A stretch of DNA of 64,000 nucleotides from assembly GCA_938085105.1 (NCBI GenBank), contig CALKGK010000033.1, positions 53,076 to 117,075 on the forward strand, in the 5' to 3' direction. Below are positions 57,482 through 64,000 of this stretch, piece after piece; positions within the stretch are counted from its first letter, which is position 1; each line of letters opens with the position of its first letter. The notes beneath the pieces were generated by a model. It saw nothing but the letters and a program-made list of their open reading frames with translations. It had not been told where the DNA came from and ran no database searches. The stretch comes from an uncultured Flavobacteriales bacterium. Its GTDB lineage: Bacteria; Bacteroidota; Bacteroidia; Flavobacteriales_D; Sanyastnellaceae. The translations under genes were made by a program, and so were the position numbers.

Positions 57482-59998
57482 CTAAAATTTATAGCAGAGG
57501 ATGGTTTTCTTACCGTCGTGGGTAAGGAGGTCCAAGACACCGTCTTTATTGGCATCTCGAATGGATGGTATGCTCTTCCCAAAGACCGTTTCACTAAAGT
57601 AAGAGTTCCCTTGTTCGTCAATAAAAACCAAGGCATTTTCTTCCGCCAACAGCACTCCTACAACGCTGGAGTTGGGGAAACGATAGACTTGCGGACGAGC
57701 GCTGATGGGGCTTGAACTCCGGTACTTGAGGATGCGCTGTCGAGCACTATTGAAGATTTCCAAAGAGAGAGAGTCGGCAAGAATCAAGTCGTTCAATCGG
57801 TCTTCATCAAAGTCGGCCAAAAGCATATGTTCAGCACTGGCGAGTCCGGTCATTCGTCCAGCAGTTCCATCGCCAAATACCAATTCAATCACTTGTCCGC
57901 TGCTATCGCACAGCACCATGCTCGAGTTTTCGATTTTCTCTTTCATGAAGAAGTCAAGGTAACGTGCATTCTTTGGAACCTTTGCCTTGCTGTTGAACCG
58001 ATCTTCTCCATTTCTTTTAAGTAAACGCACATCGCCTTCTCGGTCTTGACAAAAAATGTAGTCTCTATTTCCTGCTTTGATGTGCCGAAGGTCAACGATA
58101 GGAGCTCCATTGGATTCAAATTTCCAACCTTTGGTGGGTTGAGCTTCGTCTTGAAAATTGATGGTTCTTCCATCTTCCAAACCAATCACAAAGCGGTAAT
58201 TACGGTTTTTGTCGTAATCGAATACTGCTAGCGGCGAGCTCGCGAAGGATACGAGGTTAATAGGGTATCCGCTCACATTATTGCCGAGAATGTCGATGCA
58301 ATGTACCGCTTTTGGGGTGTTGAAGATGATTTGGTACTTGTCGTTCTTGTAGAGATCAACTTGAGTGATTTCACCCATGATTTGTCCTGGGAGTTCTCTG
58401 CTCCAAAGTTGTTTTCCCTGATCGCTGAGGGCAATGAGTCGGTTCCTTTCATCTTGGAACAGGGCATAATACCCACCGGAGCGATGGTCTTTTAACCAAA
58501 CAGGGTCTGAAGTGATTTGGAATTCAGCGAGGTATTCCCATCGGAGACTCACTTCTTCTTCGTCTTTCGCGTGTTTTTCCTCCATCAATGAGAGTTGAAC
58601 GACGGATCGATCTTCGTCGCTCACATCGATTCTCATTTCAAAACTAGCGAATGCTTGCTCAAATCCTTTTTGCTCCAAATTTCCAAGACTGGCGTTGATG
58701 CTCGGAAGAAGGGAAGAGAGCTCTTGAGGCACTAAATCTAAAGAAATGGGAGCACTTTCTTCAGAGCTAAAGGGTGCTGAGGAAACGCGATCCATTTGTC
58801 TTGAATATGCCTTCAAGTCTTCGAACTCCTCCGAAAACAAGATCACATCACCCCTCAAAACAGCCCATTTCGCGGGGATGTTAAAAGGGGGGAGTAAGGT
58901 GTTCTCCCAAAGATTGGACGCCGACCAATGAATATAGAAGTGCCCGTCTTCTGCTAATAATTCAACATCGGGCAATTGGGCAACCGCATTTCCAAAGGCT
59001 AGAGAGTCGCTCAGTTCAAGTACCAAAAACTGTTTGCCTCTTGATTCAAAACGCATCCTGCTTCCATTGCTCCATTGTAAGCAGGTTTCCTCCAAAACCA
59101 ATGCGTGTTGTTGCTCAATGGCGGCTTGTTGGGCGTTATATTCCGCAAGTTGAGCTCTTGCTTCTAGGCGGGCTTTGGCTTGAAGAACCAAGTCATCGGC
59201 AGATAGTGCGTGTTCGATTTGAATGTTCTTTGCATCACTCGGCAAATAGATTCTCAAGTCTTTACCCCAGCGGCGTTCTCCATGGAGGTATTCTGCCTTG
59301 TTTGGATGAATGGCAAGGGCACTGCATTTGATGCCGTTTTCACTGAGTGTGAGGTCTGCGCAATAGGATGCTGCAAAAGGTGCACTTTTTAGCTCAACGT
59401 TGTTCTGAGGTGAATTCGCGCCGCGGAGCCAGAGGTTGATGTGGGCTTCTTCATCCCAAGAATTGAGCACTTCTGCTGTAAAAAAGCGGGATGAGTCAGC
59501 ATTAAAACTCAAGTGAAGTTCCTTTTTTGAGATGAAGAGACAAGACTGTTCAAAGCGCAAGTGAAGCGGCGTTTCTCCGTTAATTTTCATGCTGTTTTCC
59601 CGCTGTTGACCACTTAATCCGAAAGTTTGAAGAAAGTGTTGAAAGGCTGCGTCTGCTGAGGTGTTGGAAGAAAAGCCGATAGCGAAAATCAGTTCATCGG
59701 TATGGGATGAGGTGGTGAAAAATGAGAGGACTCCAACTTCAGCCAAAGCGTCCTTCATCGCCAAAGCTTCCCATTCACTTGAGGTAAGCAGATTTTTGAA
59801 CCAAGCGCTTTCCTTTATTTTGAGGAATGCTTCGGGATGATTTATTTGTCCGGCAAGATCCAGCTCTTCTTGAAGAATCAATAAGGGGTTTTGGCGTGGC
59901 GACTGGCCTTTGGTTTGTTCAAAGAAATACCAAACGCTTCCCAGTGCCAAACTGAGGACCAAAAGAAAGAAGAGGCTTTTTTTCGCGAAGGAAAACAT
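57482..59998 (-). CDS. Membrane-anchored hypothetical protein with C-terminal beta-propeller-like (FG-GAP/PQQ-like) region
   Basis: 838 aa from the ATG at 59998 (MFSFAKKSLFFLLVLSLALGSVWYFF anchor). The C-terminal ~330 aa has repeated D-x-D/N-x-D-G and hydrophobic blade-like motifs (LADFDEDRLNDLILAD, IRDANKDGVLDLL). The TTG at 60025 lies inside the upstream terminator hairpin. Confidence 0.55.
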   Translation of the reverse strand: MFSFAKKSLFFLLVLSLALGSVWYFFEQTKGQSPRQNPLLILQEELDLAGQINHPEAFLKIKESAWFKNLLTSSEWEALAMKDALAEVGVLSFFTTSSHTDELIFAIGFSSNTSADAAFQHFLQTFGLSGQQRENSMKINGETPLHLRFEQSCLFISKKELHLSFNADSSRFFTAEVLNSWDEEAHINLWLRGANSPQNNVELKSAPFAASYCADLTLSENGIKCSALAIHPNKAEYLHGERRWGKDLRIYLPSDAKNIQIEHALSADDLVLQAKARLEARAQLAEYNAQQAAIEQQHALVLEETCLQWSNGSRMRFESRGKQFLVLELSDSLAFGNAVAQLPDVELLAEDGHFYIHWSASNLWENTLLPPFNIPAKWAVLRGDVILFSEEFEDLKAYSRQMDRVSSAPFSSEESAPISLDLVPQELSSLLPSINASLGNLEQKGFEQAFASFEMRIDVSDEDRSVVQLSLMEEKHAKDEEEVSLRWEYLAEFQITSDPVWLKDHRSGGYYALFQDERNRLIALSDQGKQLWSRELPGQIMGEITQVDLYKNDKYQIIFNTPKAVHCIDILGNNVSGYPINLVSFASSPLAVFDYDKNRNYRFVIGLEDGRTINFQDEAQPTKGWKFESNGAPIVDLRHIKAGNRDYIFCQDREGDVRLLKRNGEDRFNSKAKVPKNARYLDFFMKEKIENSSMVLCDSSGQVIELVFGDGTAGRMTGLASAEHMLLADFDEDRLNDLILADSLSLEIFNSARQRILKYRSSSPISARPQVYRFPNSSVVGVLLAEENALVFIDEQGNSYFSETVFGKSIPSIRDANKDGVLDLLTHDGKKTILCYKF

Positions 59999-60001
59999 AG
60001 G

Positions 60002-60039
60002 GCAAAAATAAACCGAGCAAGCCAAAGCTCACTCGGTTT
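60002..60039 (-). terminator. Terminator after acyl-CoA dehydrogenase; its U-tract contains TATTTTTG abutting the next ATG
   Basis: AAACCGAG (60010-60017) and CTCGGTTT (60032-60039). The minus strand reads ...CTCGGTTTATTTTTGCCCT-ATG(59998). Confidence 0.6.
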
Positions 60040-60076
60040 TTCCGTTCTCAATGAACAATCTTATGTGTGAAAAGAC

Positions 60077-61219
60077 CTATTCTGCGAGGAGTCCGCGAGA
60101 AATAACGATCTTTTGTACTTCGCTTGTACCTTCATAGATCTGGGTAATTTTTGCATCTCTCATCAAGCGTTCTACGTGGTATTCTTTTACGAATCCGTAA
60201 CCACCGTGAATCTGGACCGCTTCCACAGAATGTTTCATTGCAGCAGTTGAAGCGTACAATTTTGCCATTGCTGAGGCCTGATCGTAATTCTTTTTGTTGT
60301 CCTTCAACCAAGCTGCTTTCAAACAAAGCAAACGCGCCGCTTCAACATCGGTGGCCATGTCTGCCAATTTAAATGCGATGGCTTGGTGCTTGGATATTTC
60401 TTTTCCGAAAGCTTTTCTTTCTTTTGAATAAGCAGTGGCAAATTCCAAAGAACCTGAAGCGATACCCAATGCCTGAGCTGCAATTCCAATTCGTCCACCA
60501 GAAAGCGTTTTCATGGCGAATTTGAATCCAAATCCATCTTCTCCGATACGGTTCTCCTTAGGTACTTTCACATCTTGGAACATCAAAGTGTGGGTGTCCG
60601 ATCCACGGATTCCCATTTTGTCTTCTTTCGCTCCAACGATGAAACCGTCCATGCCGCGTTCAACAATGACAGCGTTGATTCCACGATGACCTTTGTCAGC
60701 ATCGGTTTGTGCAATGACGATGTAAACGCTTGCACTGCTTCCGTTGGTGATCCAGTTTTTCGTTCCATTCAAGAGATAGTGATCTCCCATGTCAATGGCC
60801 GTGGTGCGTTGTGATGTTGCATCCGATCCTGCTTCTGGTTCAGACAAACAAAAAGCTCCAATTTTCTCACCTGTAGCAAGCGGACGAAGGTATTTTTGTT
60901 TTTGCTCCTCTGTTCCGAAGGTTTCGATTCCCCAGCATACTAAGGAATTGTTTACGGAAACACATACTGAAGTGGAAGCATCAATTTTTGAAAGCTCTTC
61001 CATGGCCAAAACGTAGGAAATGGTATCCATTCCTGATCCGCCATATTTAGGGTCAACCATCATTCCCATGAAACCAAGTTCACCAAGTTGCTTGATCTCT
61101 TCTGCTGGGAAGCGTTGTTCGTTATCGCGCTCGATTACTCCTGGCTTCAGGACGTTCTGCGCAAAATCTCTTGCCGCGTCGCGTACGGCCAATTGTTCTT
61201 CACTAAGTTCGAAATTCAT
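60077..61219 (-). CDS. Acyl-CoA dehydrogenase (short/branched-chain type)
   Basis: 380 aa with FCLSEPEAGSD, GTKNWITNG and the catalytic-base region IYEGTSEVQ near the C-terminus. Confidence 0.9.
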   Translation of the reverse strand: MNFELSEEQLAVRDAARDFAQNVLKPGVIERDNEQRFPAEEIKQLGELGFMGMMVDPKYGGSGMDTISYVLAMEELSKIDASTSVCVSVNNSLVCWGIETFGTEEQKQKYLRPLATGEKIGAFCLSEPEAGSDATSQRTTAIDMGDHYLLNGTKNWITNGSSASVYIVIAQTDADKGHRGINAVIVERGMDGFIVGAKEDKMGIRGSDTHTLMFQDVKVPKENRIGEDGFGFKFAMKTLSGGRIGIAAQALGIASGSLEFATAYSKERKAFGKEISKHQAIAFKLADMATDVEAARLLCLKAAWLKDNKKNYDQASAMAKLYASTAAMKHSVEAVQIHGGYGFVKEYHVERLMRDAKITQIYEGTSEVQKIVISRGLLAE

Positions 61220-61314
61220 GTCTGTTATATATTGAACTACATTTGTTCGATGCCTGCAAGCAATAACTTGCGGAGTGCGAATTTAGTGCATTCAAAGGCA
61301 ATAGACAATTCGAT

Positions 61315-62406
61315 ATGGAAATGAGGGCTCAAAATCGCATGATAGCGGCAGGAGTGATGTCTGGAACGTCACTTGATGGTATGGACATGGTGCTGGCCGA
61401 GTTTGAAAAGGTGGAAACAAAATGGAGCTTCAAAGTTCTTTGCGCCAAAGGAACAACCTACCCCAAGGCCTTGACTAATCGTATGCGAAAAGCCCGCTTT
61501 TTGAGTGCTGAAGAATTGGCCTTTTTGGAGCACGATTTGAGCCTGTTCTGGGCAAAACACCTCAAAGTTTTTCTGGATGAGGCCAAAGAAGATTGTTCGC
61601 TCATTGCAATACATGGACAAACTGTATTCCATCAACCCGAAAAAAAACTCACCTTACAACTGGCAGATTTAGGACTCATCGCAAGTGTTACCGGCTTTCC
61701 TGTGGTTGGAGATTTTAGGAGGGCAGATTTGGCCTTGGGCGGACAAGGTGCTCCTTTGGTTCCCATTGGCGACCGGCACCTTTTTGGTGAAATGGCGGCC
61801 TGTTTGAATTTGGGTGGATTTGCCAATGTATCGTACTTCGATGGAGACCAACATCTCGCCATGGACCTTTCGGTGGCCAACCATTTGTTGAACCTCTTAG
61901 CATCAGAACTGGGGATGGAATTCGATATGGATGGAAGGCTAGCGGCTATGGGAGAAGTGCACCCTGAGGTATTGGCTCAGCTTCGGAGCTTGAAATATTT
62001 TGAGATGAGTGGACCGAAATCCCTTGGGTATGAGTGGTTCGATCGTTCCTTTTTACCGCATTGGAAGAAATACACCGAGGATTTAAGTTTGGAAGATCGG
62101 ATGAGAACCGCCTGTGCGCACATTGCTGAAAGGGTGGCTTCGGAGTTGGCCGCGGTGCGAGGTGCATTATTGGTGACGGGCGGCGGAGCCTTCAACCGAG
62201 TATTGATGCTTGAGATTGAAAAGGTGCTGCCCAAAGGATTATTGATCAAAACCCTCACTGCCGAAGAACAATGCTTGATATCGTTTAAAGAAGCGCTCGT
62301 ATTTGCCTTTCTCGGGGTCTTGAGGTTTCGAGGAGAAAACAATATCATCGCAGGCATAACGGGTGCTAGCAGGGATCATTGTGCAGGTTTGATCGCCCTT
62401 CCTTGA
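61315..62406 (+). CDS. anmK: Anhydro-N-acetylmuramic acid kinase
   Basis: AGVMSGTSLDGMD N-terminal phosphate-1 motif and a C-terminal ...GITGA...GLI motif. The start could be the internal ATG at 61339. Confidence 0.85.
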   Translation: MEMRAQNRMIAAGVMSGTSLDGMDMVLAEFEKVETKWSFKVLCAKGTTYPKALTNRMRKARFLSAEELAFLEHDLSLFWAKHLKVFLDEAKEDCSLIAIHGQTVFHQPEKKLTLQLADLGLIASVTGFPVVGDFRRADLALGGQGAPLVPIGDRHLFGEMAACLNLGGFANVSYFDGDQHLAMDLSVANHLLNLLASELGMEFDMDGRLAAMGEVHPEVLAQLRSLKYFEMSGPKSLGYEWFDRSFLPHWKKYTEDLSLEDRMRTACAHIAERVASELAAVRGALLVTGGGAFNRVLMLEIEKVLPKGLLIKTLTAEEQCLISFKEALVFAFLGVLRFRGENNIIAGITGASRDHCAGLIALP

Positions 62407-62479
62407 GCCACAAAATTACCCTCATAAAAGCGTCGGGATAAAACAAAGGGCTTTTCTCGTTCCGAGAAGGTGATTTTTC

Positions 62480-62487
62480 TATTTTTG
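62480..62487 (+). promoter_or_regulatory. -7 box (TATTTTTG) upstream of the dehydrogenase gene
   Basis: A TAnnTTTG match 20 nt upstream of the ATG at 62508. Confidence 0.45.
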
Positions 62488-62507
62488 AACGACCAACAAA
62501 GAAAAGT

Positions 62508-63737
62508 ATGAAAGCGCTGTTAAAAGCTTATGAGGAGAAAGTTCCTGAAGTTGTTTTTGAATGGAATGATCCCTACACCGAGGCAAAAGGCTGGGTGGTG
62601 ATCAATTCACTCCGCGGAGGTGCCGCAGGAGGTGGAACGCGGATGCGTGTAGGACTTGATAAGCGTGAGGTAGAGTCGCTTGCCAAAACCATGGAAGTGA
62701 AGTTTACGGTATCTGGTCCGCAAATCGGAGGAGCCAAATCGGGAATCAATTTTGACCCGAGAGACCCACGTAAGCACGAAGTTTTGGAGCGCTGGTATGC
62801 AGCAGTTACCCCCTTGCTGAAGCATTATTACGGAACGGGTGGAGATCTCAATGTGGATGAAATTCACGAAGTGATTCCGATTACAGAAGACTGTGGTGTT
62901 TGGCATCCTCAAGAAGGCGTTTTTAACGGACACTTTCAACCCACCGAGGCGCAAAAAGTAAAGCGTATTGGCAACCTTCGGTTGGGTGTTGTTAAGCCGC
63001 TCGAAGATGAAAAATATTCTCCCGATTTGAGACGCAATTACAAGGTGGCTGACATGATCACTGGTTTTGGAGTTGCGGAGAGTGTGAAGCACTTTTATGA
63101 CCTCTACGGTGGACAAATTGAAGGCAAACGCGTTGTGGTTCAAGGGTGGGGAAATGTTGGTGCGGCAGGCGCCTATTACCTCTCGCAAATGGGGGCAAAA
63201 ATTGTGGGGATCATCGACCGGGTAGGTGGAATTGTTCGCCAAGAAGGACTCTCACACGAAGAAGTGCGTCAATTGTTTATTCAGAAAGATGGAAATGCTT
63301 TGAAAGACGAGGGTTTGATGTCTTTTGAGGAAGTGAATGAAAAAATCTGGTCTTTGGACGCCGAGGTATTTATCCCTTGTGCGGCATCAAGACTCATCAC
63401 CCAAGACCAAATCGAGCAGTTGATTAACACGGGAATTGAAGTGGTTGCTTGTGGAGCTAACGTGCCTTTTGCCGATGAAGCCATTTTCTTTGGTCCGATT
63501 GCAGACCACGCGGACAACCACATTTCCATCATCCCAGATTTCATTGCGAACTGCGGAATGGCGCGCGTATTTGCTTACCTCATGAGCAGCGGAGACGTCG
63601 ATTTGAGCGATGAAGGGATTTTTGAAGATACCTCTAGAACCATTCGGAAAGCGCTTGCTGACGTGAAAGCGGTTCATCCAGAGAAAACCGGAATTGCAAA
63701 GGCAGCCTTCGAAATCGCACTTAAAAAACTTATTTAA
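62508..63737 (+). CDS. Glu/Leu/Phe/Val-family amino-acid dehydrogenase
   Basis: 409 aa with the catalytic Lys region GPQIGGAKSGINFDP and Rossmann motif VVVQGWGNVGAAGA. Confidence 0.85.
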   Translation: MKALLKAYEEKVPEVVFEWNDPYTEAKGWVVINSLRGGAAGGGTRMRVGLDKREVESLAKTMEVKFTVSGPQIGGAKSGINFDPRDPRKHEVLERWYAAVTPLLKHYYGTGGDLNVDEIHEVIPITEDCGVWHPQEGVFNGHFQPTEAQKVKRIGNLRLGVVKPLEDEKYSPDLRRNYKVADMITGFGVAESVKHFYDLYGGQIEGKRVVVQGWGNVGAAGAYYLSQMGAKIVGIIDRVGGIVRQEGLSHEEVRQLFIQKDGNALKDEGLMSFEEVNEKIWSLDAEVFIPCAASRLITQDQIEQLINTGIEVVACGANVPFADEAIFFGPIADHADNHISIIPDFIANCGMARVFAYLMSSGDVDLSDEGIFEDTSRTIRKALADVKAVHPEKTGIAKAAFEIALKKLI

Positions 63738-63743
63738 ACCAGC

Positions 63744-64000
63744 ATGGAAATATTTATTGTAGCGGTATTCGCCATAGGATACCTGGCCATTACTCTTGAG
63801 CACACCATCAAGATTGATAAGCTTGTAACGGCCCTTTTAATGATGGCACTCGCTTGGGCAGCTGTTGCTTTTGGCTTGGACGGTTTTACAACCTGGTTCA
63901 ATAGCAATCTTCACCACTTGATGGATGGAAGCATGGGTACCGAGAATTTCGCGGCCATGAACCATGATGCGCGTTTACACACCTTGGAAGAAACCCTCCT
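63744..64000 (+). CDS. NhaD/ArsB-like Na+/H+ antiporter, 5' part only (runs off window)
   Basis: ATG at 63744. MEIFIVAVFAIGYLAITLEHTIKIDKLVTALLMMALAWAAV... is hydrophobic with an NhaD-like N-terminal pattern. No stop before the window end. Confidence 0.5.
   Translation, partial: MEIFIVAVFAIGYLAITLEHTIKIDKLVTALLMMALAWAAVAFGLDGFTTWFNSNLHHLMDGSMGTENFAAMNHDARLHTLEETL

Noticed and set aside
1-64000. I searched for CRISPR arrays, rRNA, tmRNA/RNase P/SRP-like RNAs, riboswitches, IS elements, integrases and prophage genes.
   Set aside because: I found no spaced direct-repeat arrays, no rRNA-like conserved blocks, no transposase or integrase motifs, and no recognisable riboswitch cores in the short intergenic regions. 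The only RNA gene I can support is tRNA-Leu.

Overview
This 64-kb window is dense and almost entirely protein-coding. It reads as core chromosome of a Bacteroidota (Flavobacteriia-type) bacterium. Three things support that lineage: gliding/T9SS genes (gldD, gldE, gldJ, a porP/sprF-like gene, porU, porV, a PorX-like REC-PglZ regulator), Bacteroidota-type TAnnTTTG -7 promoter boxes, and A-rich start contexts with no Shine-Dalgarno. The rest is housekeeping: ssb-mutY, HU, RNase G, mutS, clpX-clpP-tig, tRNA-Leu, efp-lpxD, rnhB, tyrS, murF, ispF, cdd, pdhA-E2, recG, anmK, gdh. I call about 50 CDS, 1 tRNA, several rho-independent terminators and several promoter boxes. Two CDS are truncated at the window edges and one is a 30-codon ORF below the ORF-track cutoff. 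I saw no rRNA, CRISPR array, transposase/integrase or prophage signal. ORF-track entries not listed are antisense or shadow frames inside real genes. Several track ORFs carry spurious N-terminal extensions from upstream TTG/GTG codons, and I re-set those starts. The least-explained content is: (1) an ECF sigma/membrane-protein pair divergent from a translationally coupled PorV/PorQ-like barrel plus a 708-aa outer-membrane barrel with a ComEA-like HhH N-terminus (18.7-23.2 kb); (2) a 968-aa mosaic secreted protein with nine C-x18-C modules, two lamin-tail domains, a nuclease-less ExeM/NucH-like OB region and a dockerin-like tail; (3) a VTC-like polyphosphate-polymerase-domain gene coupled to a DUF4956 membrane gene; (4) a bS22-like 30-aa basic micro-ORF; (5) 11-bp-phased GTTAAG repeats upstream of a NaPi/PhoU transporter; (6) two terminator U-tracts that double as TATTTTTG -7 boxes exactly 4 nt before an ATG. 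All functional calls are by-eye motif and synteny recognition; no database search or folding program was run.
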